Shown: positions 10,205-24,639 of the stretch, piece after piece
How the letters are laid out: every line of letters begins with the position of its first letter
How positions within the stretch are numbered: the stretch's first letter is position 1
Source of the DNA: Vicugna vicugna
Lineage: Eukaryota
Direction of reading: 5' to 3'
NCBI GenBank assembly: GCA_013265495.1
Contig: MU061578.1
Span: forward strand, 1,187,308-1,251,307
Length of the DNA: 64,000 nt
The notes under the pieces: generated by a model
Told to the model about the DNA's origin: nothing
Seen by the model: only the letters and a program-made list of their open reading frames with translations
The model's database searches: none
Program-made: the position numbers and the translations under genes

Positions 10205-13145
10205 ATGTATTTTATTTCATTATTTAAATTATTGTAAACTTGACATTTCGAGTGTACGGTTCTGTAAATTAAACACAAGCTATAGATTCTTGTAATTGCT
10301 GCCACAGTTAGGAAACAGAAAAGTTCTATTATTCAAAAACTCCCTCGTGCTAATCCTTTGCAGTTACTCTTCCCCACCCTTAACTTCTGTGAACCACAAA
10401 TCTGTTCCCCTCCCCTATAGTTAAGGAATTTTTTGAAAATTTTGAAAATTTTTTGTAATCTTTTGAGACCAGCTCTTTCACTCAACATGATGTCTTTGGA
10501 ATTGAGCCAAGTTGTTGCATGTATCAATAGAATGTTACTTTTTACTGCTGCATAATATTCCACCCTATGGATGTACTACAATTTGTTTACCCATTCACTT
10601 TTAAGACATTTGAGTTGCTTCCACTCTTGGGTTATTATGAATATAGCTGCTATAAACAGTCATTCATAGGTTTTTGTATGAATGGAAGTTTTCTTTTCTC
10701 TGGTTAAAAACCCAGCAGTGGGATTGCTAAACTATATGATAATTACACATTTAACTTTGTAGTAAACTGTCAAAATGTTTTCCAAAGTGACTATACTATT
10801 ATTTCACATCCCCCCTCAGCAATATATGAGAAATTAAGTTTTTCATAATCTATTTTTAATCTTACGCACTCTACTAGGTGTTTTAGTGGTTTCCATCCAG
10901 TTTTATTTTGCAGTTTCTGAATAGTTACTGATATTAAACACCTTTTCATGTACTTGTTTGCTTTATGAATGTCGTCTATGGTGAAATGTTCATTCAAGTC
11001 CTTCTTTCCCTACTTTTAAAATTTGGTTGTTCGTTTTCTTACTTTTGGGTTTTGAGAGCTTATTATATATTCTAGAAACTGATTTTGTCAGAGAGGTTAT
11101 TTGTAAATATTTTCTCCCAGCTTCTTCCTTGCCTTTCTTTCTTTTAATAGAATCCTTTGCAGATATATATTTTAAAATATTAAGTCAAGTTGATATTTTT
11201 TGGAAATCTTTTTTTTTTAAACTCGTCAGGACGTAAATATTTTCTCCTGCATTTTCTTCTGAAATATTACAGGCCTAAATATTAAGTTAGATCTATAACC
11301 TATATGGGATTAACTTTTGTATAGGGTATGAGACCTGGAGTAAGATTCATACATTTTGTATATGAATTTCCAATTGTTCCAGTGTCATTTGGTAAAAAGA
11401 AAATAATATCTCCCTTGACTTAATTTTTTCTCAAAATTTAATTAAGTATACTGTTGTGGGTATATTTCTGGACTCTCTGTTATGTTTGATAGATAAACAT
11501 GTCTTTCCTTTGCCAGCCCTACACTATCCTGATTACTCTAACATAACATTAAATAAAATATATTCATAAAATATATAAGATATATTCACCTAACTTTATT
11601 TTTTATTCTTCTGTATTTTGGATATTCTAGCTGATTTGTCTTTCCATATGATACTTGGAATCCTTATGTTTATACCTACAAAAATTCTGCTGGGATTTTG
11701 ATTTGTATTAAATCTTCAGGTCAGTTTGTGGAGAACTAACATTTTAACTATGTCTAATCCATGAATACAGTATGACTCTATGTTTATTCAGATCTTTTTT
11801 ATTTAATTTGAGTTTAGAGTTTTCAGCATAGAGATCTTTTACATGTTTGTTGATCTATATACTAAGTATTTTGTTTGTTTGAATCTATAGTAAGTAGTTT
11901 GTTTTTAAGTTTTAGATTCCAAATTTTCTTTGCTAGCACATAGATGTACAATTGATATTGTGTTTTGACCTTGTAGTCCTGGGACCCTGCTAAACTTACT
12001 ATTTCTAAGAGGATTTTAGAGCTTCCTTGAGATTTTCTAAGCAGAAATTTTCATTTTTGTCTGAGAATAGATGCACTGTGATTTCTTCCTTTCTAATTAG
12101 CATACTCCTTTTTTTCTTTTGCTCACTTTATTGCACTAAGATTTCCAGGATAGTGTTGCATAGGAGTGATAAGAGTGAACCCCATTTCCGTGTGCCTGCT
12201 CCAAGGGAAAAGACATTCCATCTTTCACTATTAAGTATGATGTCAGCTGTAGGATTTCTTGTGGATGACCTTTATCAGTTTGCAAAAGTTCCTTTCTACT
12301 CCCAGTTAGTTGAAAGTTTTTGTCATCAGTGTCTACTAACTTTTTTCAAAAAATTTTAGCATCAGTTTTTAGGTTCATGTGTTACTTTTTTTTCTTTATT
12401 ATATTCACATAGTGAATTACAATGATGTTTCAAATATTAAACCAGCCTTGAATTCCAAGGGTAAACTCCATTGGCTGTGCTATATTATTCTTTTTATATA
12501 TTGCTGGATTTGATTTTTTAATATTTAGTTGAGGATTTTTTTTCATCTAATTTCATGAGGGGTAGTTTCTTTTTCTTATATATACTGTATCTGCTTTTGA
12601 TATCAGGATCATGCTGGCTTCATAAAATGAGCTGGGATGAATTCTTTCCTTTTCTATATTTGAAAGAAACTGTGTATAATTGTGTTTTTCTCAATATTAA
12701 ATGTTTGGTAAAATAATCAGTAGTACTATTAGAGTGTATAAAGTTTTGATCTAGAAGGATATGTTAAGTAAATTAAATTTCTCTAAAAGCTTTTGAAGTA
12801 CTTAGGCAAACTACTTCATCTAGGTGAGTTTTGGTAGTGATTTTAGGGAATTAGTCTGTTCCATCCAGGTAGTTACATTATTGTGCATAGATGGTAATAT
12901 TTCCTCATTATCTTATTAATGTGTGTGATGTTTATAATTTTTATCATCTTAAATTTTTTGTCATTCTTACTGGACATTTATCAAATTTTTTTAATGCTTT
13001 AAAAGAGCCAATTTTGATTTGATTGATTTTCTTAAAGCTCCTCTTTTTTCAATTTCATTGATTTCTTTTCTTACATTTAGTACTTCCTTCTTTCTGTTTG
13101 TTTTTCTTTTTCTTTTTTTCATTTGCTTTGCTCATCCTTTTCTAG
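10205..13145 (-). mobile_element. About 2.9 kb old L1 (L1MC/MD-like): 3'UTR plus degenerate ORF2
   Basis: T-rich antisense L1 signatures: tttcactcaacatgatg, ttattatgaatatagctgctataaac, ccaattgttccagtgtcatttg, ccatgaatacagtatg, ctttcactattaagtatgatgtcagctgtagg, atgctggcttcataaaatgag. Confidence 0.93.
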
Positions 13146-13399
13146 TACACTTTTTACTATTGTATTCTCAGATCCAGAGTATAATATATGAGCTACCTTC
13201 CTGGTGGAGATTACTCTTATGGAAGATGGGTTTTATTTCACCTAAAAATGTCCCTTCCCCACAGCTGAGAAAGGCAATCTTGACCTCTCCTCATTACACT
13301 TGGTCAGTATTAGGTATACTGACCAGTCTAGTATATCTAACACCAAAACCATAGAAATGTTCTATCACAGAGTCTGCAAATCATAGGCCAACAGAACAT

Positions 13400-14165
13400 T
13401 AACAGTTAATAGATTTGAGAAAGTTGTCTATGTGCCAGGCAGCTTCCTTTATGTACATGATTCTACTGGATTCTTGAGGTGTACAGATTTTAGGGTGCTG
13501 CCCACTACGACCCCACCCTCCTGGTATTCATGCCTCTGTGCAATTTCCTCTCCTTCAATGTGGGCGGGATCTGGGACTCGACATTAAATAAGGCAAAGGT
13601 TACAGGATTTGTGATCACGTGTGTGTGACAACATAAGATTATAATATTTCTCTTGTCAGAGCCTCTCTCCTCCCCTACACCCTTTCTTTCCATTACTGGC
13701 TTTGAAGAAAGAAGTTGCCATGAATCTTAGTGCCACAAGGAAATGAACTGCCAACAACCTAAGAGCATTTGGAAGCAGATCCTGCTCCAGGCAAGTCTCT
13801 GATGAGAACCCAGTCCTGGCCAATACGCTGACTGTAGTCTGTGAGCTTCTAAGCAGAGGACCCAACTAAGCCATGTCCACATTTCTGACTCAGAGAAACT
13901 CTGAGATAATAAACATGTGTTGTTTTAGGTCTCTCAGCTTGTGTTAATTTTCTCTGCAGTATACAAAATGAATACAATACCAAACAAAAGTTCTATGAGG
14001 CAAGATTTTTATTACCTCTATTTTTTTAGATGAGATAGTAGAGATTCTTAGAGGCTAAAGCATTTCCCCAAAGTCATATATTAAGCAAATGATTGAGCTA
14101 GAATTTCAGCTTACATATCTTTGATTCCAGAAACTGTGCTCTTAATCATGGTGGCATACTGCCTT
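13400..14165 (-). mobile_element. MIR split by an MLT1 LTR (about 13400-13479 and 13977-14165)
   Basis: ctatgtgccaggca | ctatgaggcaag..ttttagatgag..cccaaagtcata..gattccaga..tgctcttaatca. Confidence 0.8.
13480..13976 (+). mobile_element. MLT1E-like solo LTR (ERVL-MaLR)
   Basis: TG...CA ends; cctcctggtattcatgcc, ggaaatgaactgccaacaacc, cagaggacccaactaagccatg, gagataataaacatgtgttgtttt. Confidence 0.9.
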
Positions 14166-14339
14166 CTTCTGTGTCCCCATGGTTTATAGAAATACAGACT
14201 ATGAGGGTTGTTAGCACATTCTTATCAATTCAAAATTAATCCCCAAACTCTCTAATAAAAAAATGAGCTAGGGGGTGCATTGAGAGGATAAATTTTCCCA
14301 ATGGTTTAAAACCCATCAATGCACTTGCTACAAAACCAA

Positions 14340-14790
14340 AATATTCAATGTTGCTTAAAAGTCCCATCATGATCTGAACCTTGGCTACTTTACCAACCTG
14401 TCAGTTCTCTGTCTTCTCTTTCCAGTCCTCACTTTGCTGTCAGATGCATCATGATTTCAGTTGACTTTGGGTATTTTCACTTAATGTTTGGCAAATTGTC
14501 CTCTTGTTTTTCATCCTTACTTGTCTAACTTTTTCTTGGCCTCAGCTCTCAGCTTAGACAATCCCTCCTCCAGGAAACCTTTTCTTCCCTATTGCTCTCA
14601 AGATGACGTGTTCCCATAGAATCCTAAACTCCTTCTGCCTGGCATACACTACACATTATTTAAGTCATCCAGTGACTACTCCCAGCAGACTGTAAAAGCC
14701 TGGAGGACATGGTCTGGGTTAATGTACAGCAATGCCTAGCACAGTGCTGGGCACACAGGAGGCTGTCATAACCATCAGCCAAATGCACGT
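14340..14790 (+). mobile_element. L2 3' fragment
   Basis: cctcctccaggaaacctt...agactgtaaaagcctggagg...gcctagcacagtgctgggcacacaggagg. Confidence 0.8.
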
Positions 14791-15439
14791 TGGGCATCTT
14801 CAGAGACCTCTCTCTGTATCCATTTTCCTTAAGAGTGAGTAGAGGGCTGTATAAGGAATCATCTAATGGCAGCTTCACTGGCATCCTAGCAAGTCACATG
14901 AGTTGCATTTTCTTATTCCCATAGCCCTTGACTGACATCCTGGGTTTTCATTTTCTTTTCTAAAAGGTTCAGTTTTAAGCCTTAATAAACTCATTGAATG
15001 GAAATATACAGTAGGTGAGAGCAGCACCCCATCCAGAGCTTGACTTTTTATTGACTATTGATTTGCTTGTGAAGTGAGGCTTCGTTCCAATAAATTGGTT
15101 TGGGAGGAGAGGTTGGGACATGCAGAGATACTGGTGCATCTGACTGCATTATCGCTAGCCCACTGGGAACCATAGCCATAAAATATATAACACCTTGGCC
15201 TCCAGAGTACTTTGGATGACTCCTCGTGACCCACTCAGGGATTATCCTTTACCCTTAGGCTTTCAGAGGCGGATACAGCAGTGGGAATAGTGAGAATCGA
15301 TTGCTTGGCCATCTGAGTTTTCTCTCTGTCTGGATGTTCAGGAGGGCGGTGAAAATGAATTTAGACCTGATATGTGGTTGATGAAAAGGACAAAACTGTG
15401 GACCTAACTAAGGTGTATCACATGGAAAAGGGGATTTTA

Positions 15440-15600
15440 GACATCGCTGCTGCCCATGCTTCGGTTTCCACATCTGCAAAAATGGGCACATAATGGTACC
15501 CAAGGAGTGAGGACTCTTGTAAGGATTAAATGAAAAGAGGCATATGAACCACTTAGCACACTGCCTGGCACTCAGTCTTTGCTCTGAATGTGAGCTTTTG
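15440..15600 (+). mobile_element. MIR
   Basis: cttcggtttccacatctgcaaaaatggg...gtaaggattaaatga...cttagcacactgcctggcac. Confidence 0.85.
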
Positions 15601-15725
15601 TTATCGTCACCCTTAATACAAAGCTGTTACAACAATAAATTCTCAATAAATGTCATTGGCCATGATAACCATCATTGTTGTTTTTATGATTTTCGCAGTG
15701 ATGCCCAGGGCAGGCATTTAATAAA

Positions 15726-16230
15726 TGTGGCAGGAATCTTCTAAGACGGTTCCCAAAGATCCCTGTCCTTGTGTGACTCACTCCCTTTGAGGGTGGGCTA
15801 GATTAATGGACTAATTTCTCACAAACAGAGAAGAGCAGGAAGGGTGAGACATCACATCCAAGCTGAGGTAATAAAATGACTGTGTTTTCCATCTTAGATG
15901 TCCTCTCTCTGGACTTGCTTATTCTGGGGGGAACCAGGAACTTTGACATTAGCAGCCTTCTAACGAGACCCGTATCTGAGAGACGTTCAGCAGACATTCT
16001 GAGGCCCACCAAGAGCCACATGAAAGAGCTCAGAGGTGGATCTTACTCTAGAAGAGCCCTGACAATGATTTGGCCCCAACCAACCTACCAAAACTACTGA
16101 ACAAAGACTACTCAAAAGTACCCTTCAACTGAAGCACCCTTGACCCAAAGAAACTATGAGGTGTGTTGTGTGTTGTTTCTAGCCACTAAGGTTAGGTACC
16201 ACGTATCATGTAGCAATAGCTAACCAAGCA
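15726..16230 (+). mobile_element. MLT1 (E/F-like) solo LTR
   Basis: tgtggcagg..ctaagacggttcccaaagatccc...gacccaaagaaactatgag...agccactaag...gtagcaatagctaaccaagca. Confidence 0.85.
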
Positions 16231-17669
16231 ATAGTGTTAGCTTTTATTTTCCATTAAAATGGAAGCTCTAGGAGTGAGGTTTTTGAGCATCCTCTTCACC
16301 AGTTTATATCAAATGTCTATCAACATTCTGGGCACATACCATGTGCTCAAAAAATATTGTTCTATGAAGGATCAAGAGCCAATCTAAAGAGTCATTAATG
16401 TGGGAATGCCCAGCCCTCACCCAGAGCTTTTCATCAGTAATATCAAAGAAACATCCCAGTTTCTTCACAAAAGTCATGACACCAGATTGGATGCTGAACA
16501 AAATATATACCTTTTGGACCTGCATTGGAGGTACATTATTAACACATGTTTTTTAAGCGAATGCTTTTGTACAGTCCTCAAACCTTATCCTCTTTGCAGC
16601 CTCAAATCCCTTCTCCACTTCCTAACAGCATTAGCTTCATAACCAAGTGACTCTTCCCTACCCAGACATTTTTCCAACAAATACTGTGTTATTCATCTGT
16701 CAGTTTTGGCTGTTTGGAAACCACAACAGTTATCACACCTAAAACTAAAGAGAGCAGTAAAGAAAGACAGAGGTGCGCACAGAGAAAGAAAGCAGTTGCT
16801 GGACAGAGTTCAGGGCATTCCACGTGGCTAAACCTCAGACTGGGGTGGAGAGTGAAGAGGATACAGCTATAGGGGCTCTAATTGCCAGCCAGGCAGGGAA
16901 AGGAAGTGAGAAATGACACAGCATATCTCAGTCTTGAAGAGACTGTGCCCAGAAGGAGAAGGCATTTCAGAACCATTCAAAATGACAGAAGAGAAAGATC
17001 TCGGACTGGAGGAGATGAATATATGGTATTCAGTTCTCATTAAGCCCATGGTGTCAGTTTCATTTGGAACCATGTTCCAGTGCTAATTTTCACAGAGCTT
17101 GAGTGCTTCTTAAAATGAATAGCACTCACTCATGCTTTGATGCAGACTGCATGGTCCATTTCTGTGCCTTTATTAAAGGGTACAGTGAACATATACTTTC
17201 TCCCCAGGAGTAGAAATTTAGAGCTGTTAAGATATACAACCTTGGACCTCCGTCGCAAAATGGCAGCTGCCCCAAGTATTGACATCTTTTCATACTGACT
17301 TGGATGTAAAATGTCCAAAATGTGTGTGTGCACTTGTGCACAAGCACGCGCACACACACACACACACACATGTGCACACCACTGTCCTGATTGTTTTGTA
17401 CTTTGTAACATTTGCAACACCACATACAGAATGCTTTGCCTCTGAATACTAACTCATCTCTTAGGTACAATTAAGAGTTAAAAACTCAAAGGGTTTTCTC
17501 AATTTTCCTTTTTAAGGTGGCCCAAATCTGAGGTAAGGATCACTTTGCCAAATTTGAGCTGAAAGTTGTTTTGCCCATAAAGCTCAGTGTACATCCATTA
17601 TTGGTCATACAATTACGAATTTACTATCATGCAGAAAGGCACAGTAGGTGATTTTTTTTAAAGGCTCAA

Positions 17670-18250
17670 GGCTTCTACTTCTAGGAATATATTCCACTAA
17701 AATGTTCAACCTTGCATACAGAGGTGCATGTCCTGAGAGGATCGTGTAGCATTGCTGGTAATTGTGAAAACTGGCAGGGTGGGGAGAGAGACTTAATATC
17801 CATCATCAAAGGAGTGAATATTTAAATAAATGAGGACACATCCATAACATAAGAGATTATGTAGCTCTGCAAAGAATGAAATAGATGGACACATTTTGAC
17901 ATGCAAAGATCTCCAAAACGTACTGGGTGGAAGGATATTGAATCAGAAGAGACAACATTATGTTCCTCTAGGCTGAAATAATGTGCCCTTGTATATTCAT
18001 AATGTGGATGTGCATTCAGTTTTGAGCCATAATACATTCGCTGTTTTCACAAATCCAACTGGTCAAATATCAGCAATGATATGTGGGCTGACCTAATAAA
18101 TATATCTAGACAGAAAGTGATTGATATCTAATATATATCTAGAGGGGTTATTGGCAGGACCTGTCCACAGGAGGGGGATGGAGTGGGGGGTGAAGAAAGA
18201 AGAGGGACTTTTACCATTTGCTTCGTAAGTGTCTTTACTCTTTAGGTATT
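17670..18250 (+). mobile_element. Ancient L1ME 3' fragment
   Basis: ctacttctaggaatatat..gcattgctggtaattgtgaaaactgg..aaagaatgaaatagat..gacatgcaaagatctccaa. Confidence 0.75.
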
Positions 18251-18963
18251 TTACCAGTCTTTGCCACTTAACTATGTGATAAAGTAAGCCACCAAAGTCC
18301 AAAAACAGGCAAGGGACCATGGGGCATTACTCTTACCCAAAAAGACTGGTAGTGGCATCTTCAATCTCCACTCAAATCAACCCCACAGATTATCGGGACT
18401 CCAGGTCTCCTCAGAGAGCTTCATCTTGCATCCACGGTGGTCCAGCATATGCCAGGAAAAGTGGAGATGCTTAATTATCCACCCCATCAGGCTTCTGAAG
18501 CCTTCTCTGAATCGAGTTAGATGGGTTTGATTTACCCCTGTACTCACATAGCAACAGTGACCCCCTGGAGGGCGGAGACATTTGCAGGTATTGTCTCTAA
18601 TATGCTCTTTTCTCCAAAAAGCATCCATTAAATGGGTTAAGGAGCATTCTACTGCTATCACCACCAGCACTGATGGCTATTATTATTTTTATTCCTGTTT
18701 CAAGCATCATATAATAGAGACCTAGCAAAGGTGAGTGATCTCTGACACACAACCAACAGTTGCAGAAATGGAGCTGAAACCTGGGACTTTGGAATCAAGG
18801 CCCCATGAATGTATTACTTGGACACATGCGCATACACACAGACACACAGAGTTTACATACTGAAGTGAGATTCAAGAGAGCCTTAAATTGTTAGACTGAA
18901 GCATTTTTTAAAATCCCATAACTATGTATGTGCAGCTATTAAAGGTTCTGAACATAAGCGTCA

Positions 18964-19722
18964 CGATGTTGGTGAGGTTGTGGAGAAAAGGGAACCCTTG
19001 TACACTGTTGATGGGAATGTCGATTGGTGCAGCCGCCATGGAGGACAGTATAAAGGTTTCTCAAAAAACTAAAAATAGAACTACCATATGACCCAGCAAC
19101 TCCACTCCTGCATATTTAGCTGAAAAAACCCAAACAAAACAAAACCACTCATTCAAAAAGATGCATACCTCTGCAGCAAATATTTACAATTGCCAGGATA
19201 TGGAAGCAACCTAAGTGTCCATCAACAGATGGCCAGATAAAGAAAACGTTATATGTGTGTTGGGGGGAATACGACTCAGCCACAAAAAAGGAATGAAATC
19301 TTGTCATTTGCAACAACACGGATGGATTTGGAAGATATTAAGTGAAATATATCAGACAGAGAAAGACAAAACTGTATGCTATCATTTATACATGGAATCT
19401 AAAAAGTAAAACAAATTAATGAATATAGCAAAAAAAGAAAAAAGAAAAGAAACAGACTCACAGATTTAGAGAATTAGCTAGTGGTTACCAGTGGGGAGAG
19501 GGAAATGGTGAGGAGTAAGATAAGGGTAGGGGATTAAGATGTACAAACTACTTACTAAGTACAGAATAAATAAGTTACAAGGATATGTAGTACAACACAG
19601 GGGATAAGCCAACATTTTATTATAGCTATAAATGGAATATAACCTTTAAAAACTGTGAATGACTATGTTGTGCACCTGAAACATACGTAATATTGTACGT
19701 AAACTAGACTTTAACAAAAAAA
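18964..19722 (+). mobile_element. 5'-truncated L1 (ORF2 C-terminus remnant plus 3'UTR), intermediate age
   Basis: tgttggtgagg..ggagaaaagggaaccc..acactgttgatgggaatg..ctaccatatgacccagcaa..tggaagcaacctaagtgtccatc..aaacagactcacaga..gactatgttgtgcacctgaaac. Confidence 0.93.
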
Positions 19723-21769
19723 GAGTGACTTGATGGACAAAGTACTTCAAAAGGATTAGTTTGTTGACTGCGTACAAGATGAACGGCACATAATGACACA
19801 GGTCAGTTTTGGGTGATTCTGGTTTCTTCTCATCAGGGACTTTCATAATTTAAGATTTGGTATAATGCATAAAACCATACTGTATTTTATTTTTGCCTTT
19901 AATGAACTCTCTCTGTCTCTTTATTTTTCTTTGTTTGCCTCTCTCTCTCTCCCTTGCTCCCTCCCTCCCTTGCCTCTCTTGTCCCATGGGAAGTACAATT
20001 TGTGTAGGGTCAAGCTGTATCTGTCCTTCCAGGATTAAACCTCCAAGAAAGCAGGGTGAGAAGTCACTTTATCAATTGTGAATGAAACCAACTGCTGTAC
20101 CTGCTAAGTCAAAAATCGGCTGATCAGTTTACACATGTGAATGTGTGCCCTGGAATTATAAAGCTGATTTCCCTCCTCCGGTGGGGGGGGAGGGGAAGGG
20201 GAGTCAAATACATTTGCCAGCATCTTGAAGATTAAAAAAAAAGAAGGGTACAAAATAACAACCAGAATAGTTTTTTAAAGTCCAGGTCCTTTCAGATTAA
20301 TCTAATCTTCTCCAGTAGAAAAAATTTTGTACCAGGCACAGGTTTGAACCATTTTTATCCAAGATAATATTTAGTCATTTACTCCTAAAACTCCCAAGAT
20401 ACCCAGACATTTCTTCATCCGGTTTAAAACACAGGCGATACTCCAGCAGAAATGATAAATTCAGTCATTCTTCTATCTCTCACTCCTCCCTCCCTGCAAC
20501 AGCAGAATTGTATTACACACAGCACACATTTAAAAATGTAATATAATCAAAGGAAGCATTATTCTTACAAAGGCTATTAAAAGAGCTAAGTAAATTCATA
20601 CAGTATAATAAAAATGATTTATTTACTATGAGAAAAGAAGGGAAGGGAAAATAGTGCAGCTCAGCTCCATCTGCAAAATCAGGTTCCCCTAGAATATTAA
20701 TCTTCATTGATTAGCTTGGAAGAAAAGCAAAGCTTTACACTTTCACTTTTACGGTGCAAGTTAATTCAAATACTTCAATTTGACAAAGCCCCATCTGATC
20801 ACATTGAACTCCTTAATACCGAGCATTGCGGAATATTCTATTTGCTTCTTGAGATCATCAATTTATGTCCAACAACATCTGTAGAGAAATGAGATTTGCC
20901 AAATGTCTCAAGATAGGGGACCACGGTTTCTCAGCTTTTTGAGAAGAGCAGTTTTCCTTAACCTGCCTTTTCCACCATGTCCTTTTAGAAGAATAAGAAA
21001 GGAATGAGGACTTTCTCCCCAGAAATATTGTTCAGTGCCCCATTCCAGAGGGTCCATTGATAACTTTGATGTCCACCCACAAGCAAAGGTTAAGAACCCT
21101 AATTTTATATCATCACTGGCCCTGGCGAAAACCACACCTATCTTTACTGCCCATTGCTGCTCTGGGGGCTAGAGTAAACAGAGACAGACATTTCAGTCTT
21201 TAGTCACTGATTTTTCTCCTATGACACTTCCGTTTTGTCACATTACCTTTACAATAACAACAAAATAAAATAATGAGTCATGCGTCTAGACTATTAATGC
21301 CAGTTTCTATTTTACCGAGCCTCTGCCTCATTTACCTCTGCAGAGGGGCTATGGTTTTGGGTCCTTCATGTTCTAAATTAATAGTCTAAATGTCACCAAA
21401 GCAGCTAGACTAATCCTTGTGCCTAGAGACCTCTGTTCACTGTAAGTGCTGAGCACATGAAGGTCTTGGATTTTACAGTGAAAATGACCAACCAAGTTTG
21501 TTCAGTCTCTCCTGAAGCCTGAGCCCTGTGTTAACTTGTTCTAACTGAAGCCCCAGTCCTACTTGCTTTCGTGGGCAAGTAGCTTTGTCTCTCTGCCCCA
21601 CCATGTCCTCAGCTGTGAAGTGGAGATGGTGCTGTTAATTATTAACATGAGCAGACTTCTAAACATCCAGGTGATGGAGAATGTCCCTGCTCTTGTGACA
21701 TGCTCAAGGCCATCTGTTTTACTCAGCAAGTGTCCTCCATAATCCCTATCACGGTTTTATGATAATGGA

Positions 21770-21950
21770 TTTGTCTGCAAGCTTATTTGACGTGACTCTC
21801 TCCCTACCATGAAATAAAGGTTTCATAAAGGCAGTGACTTGGTCTCAATGTCTTGCCATCATGTGCCCAGCATGTAGCAAAGAAAGTCTGTCCCAAAGAA
21901 AATGCCAATTCACATTTATTAAATGAATGGATTAATCAGTGAATTCATGA
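21770..21950 (+). mobile_element. L2 3' tail
   Basis: tctctccctacca..aaggtttcataaaggcag..cccagcatgtagca..atttattaaatgaatgga. Confidence 0.65.
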
Positions 21951-24029
21951 AGGCAATGGCCCATGGGATTCAGTTCAATTTTTTTTTTTTCCTGTTTGGA
22001 ATCAGCTCCTCTTTTATTCTTCACCTGGAGACTCTTCACTCCTTGAACCTCACGGTGTTATTAAATAGAGGAGGAAATTCTGTCCCTGTGTGGCTGGCTC
22101 TGTTCTTGGTGTCAGTTTCCCTCCATCTGGGCTTGGGATCCCCGGGTTCTGTAAAGTTCTACCAACATCTTTTCCAGCCTCCAAGCACAGGGGCCCTCCT
22201 CTTCTGAGATGAGTCATTGGTCCCACACCTAGTCCACAGCTGCCCACCCTCACTGGCCCAAAGGAGCATCACCTTTCAGGTGGCGGTGTATCCACCTGGA
22301 GGACATCATCCTCCTTCAGGGTCCACACTGCTTTAGGGTTCTGAGAGGCAGTCAATGCATCACTCATCTTCTTGGCGGTAGGGAAACCCCAAATGAGGGC
22401 TTGTTGGCAGGGGTACCCGCCTTCTATTAGCTTGTTCCAGGACATGGAAAAGGGACACAGAATAGCAACTTGAGGAGACTGTTGCATAAAATAATTATAA
22501 GGCACCTCAAGTTAAATATTAGACAATCTATGTGCATCCTTTCCTTACTTATTTTATCTACTTTCTTCAAACTAGTTTTTACAAAACTGTAAAGCCAATG
22601 CATGCACATTATAACTATTTAAAATAATCCAAAGAGGTCACCCTTCACATGTCATAGCTTCCCTGATCGGCAGTAACTTCTCAAAAGTTAACAGGGTCTG
22701 GTGTCTTGTTGTACCGCACATAAATGGCCCCTTCTCCATCCTCTCGACAAACGGAAGCCCGCCACATGCGCTGTTGCGCTTCTTGCTTCCCCCGACCCCT
22801 TAACCATATGTCTAAGACTTTGCTCAACACCAGCGCAGAGGAATCAACCTCATTATATTCAGAAATGCATAGTATTCAATCGTAAGTATGTAGTATGTTC
22901 AACTGGTCCTACCTTGATGGGCATTTAAGAACCACAAACGAGGCTACAGGAGCCTCATTATACGTGCATCTTTGTGCACGTGGGTGAGTATATCTCTGAG
23001 AAAAATTTCTACTAGTGTAATTAGAGGATCAACAGGATGGGCATTTCTAATTGCAACGGCTGTTGCCAAACTGTGGTACTAATTTAAACTTCTTTGTACA
23101 GGGTCGGCTTTCATATGTTATAATCAATTAATAATATATTTAACAACTCCCAGTGAACCATGCTCAAACACACAAGCACACATAACCAAATACAGGGAAT
23201 GAAATAATTATCTTGTTCATGACCCATATGCGCAGAATCTAGAAAAATATTGTGGGGATGGCAAGTGTGTCATAAGTGTTTACTAGATAAATGGGTGGAT
23301 GAATAAATTCTATACCTGTCCTTTGTATAGTTCAACATCTAAAAGTCATAGGTTACATTGCTCTGCAAGTTGCAAGTGTTTAAAATTCTTTGGGAAGCAA
23401 ACAAAGAATAAATTGTCTATAAATAAGATTAAATGAAGAGGCTCTTTACTGTTACTGGAAGGGCTGTGAGCGTATCTGTGGAGGCACACACACGTAGTCC
23501 CTGAATATGCATTCTCAATTAATCCCTCTTCCCCACGCTTCTGATTCCAGAGTTATATTCATGATGACCCCAAGGCCGTTCTGAATCATCAGAGATTAAA
23601 TTATGTCGAGCACAATTTTAGCGAAATGTATTTTATTTCATTCCAATTAGCTGAAAATTGGTCATCCCTACATCTTATTTCTGGGATCAGAATGATTAAG
23701 CTGCAACTTCCTTTACTTCATCTCTTCGCCCCTCTGCCCCCACTTCCCCGATCATTTGTCATTTTCATCCCCTTTATCTTTTCTAGGTCAAGTGAATATT
23801 CCAAACTGATCATGGAGAGAAGAAAAGAGTAGGTAAGCCTCATATTTTTAAGTCAGAGAAATTTCGCAACTCTTGAGAGTCAAGCAAACACATGTTCTGG
23901 ATCTCAACTGTAGACAAAGAGGTTATTGTTAAATAACTTTCCAGACACAAAAGACATATGGAAAAAAAATAAAAGATCAGAAGACTTGAATTCTGTGTAG
24001 GCTTAATGGCTCTAAATAGTAAGCCCACC

Positions 24030-24320
24030 TACTCTGTGATTCCATTTATATAAAATTCTAGAGCAGGCAAACTAATGTATGGGCACAGGAAGCAGATCAG
24101 GTTGCCTTGGGGAAGGAAGATGGAGGGCAGGAGCTGAGGGAGAGATGACAGAGGGGCAGGAGGGAACTCCTGGGGGCTGGAGATGTTCACTGTCTTGACT
24201 GTAGCAATGGCTTTGTTGGTAGGTACACACATCAAAACTTATCACAGCGCATACTTTGAATATGGGCAGTTTATTATGCATTCATTATTCCTCAATAAAG
24301 CTGTTAAAAAAATAAAATAA
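24030..24320 (+). mobile_element. L1MB/ME 3' end
   Basis: tactctgtgattccatttatataaaattctagagcaggcaaactaat...tcaaaacttatca...cctcaataaagctgttaaaaa. Confidence 0.9.
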
Positions 24321-24639
24321 ACCTCCTGAACAAGCAAAATAGTGTACAAGAATCAAGGAATTCTAAGTTGAGGTCTAGCTCTCATCTTGAAGTGGCCTCT
24401 CTTCTCGCACTTTCTGACCTAGAAATATCTCTAGAATGTGCTATGCTTTTGCACAGACTCTCTATCTGTCCTTGGAAGGTTTCTCAGTCCCTGAAGGAAG
24501 GCTCCCCCCTACCTCGCTCTCCGACCTTATTGTGTGGCACAATCCCTCTTGCTTACTACCTTCCAGCCATTCTGACTTTGAACCTAAACAGTCTTTTTCA
24601 GCCTCAGAGCTGCTGCCCTCCCTGCTCCCCACGGCCTAG

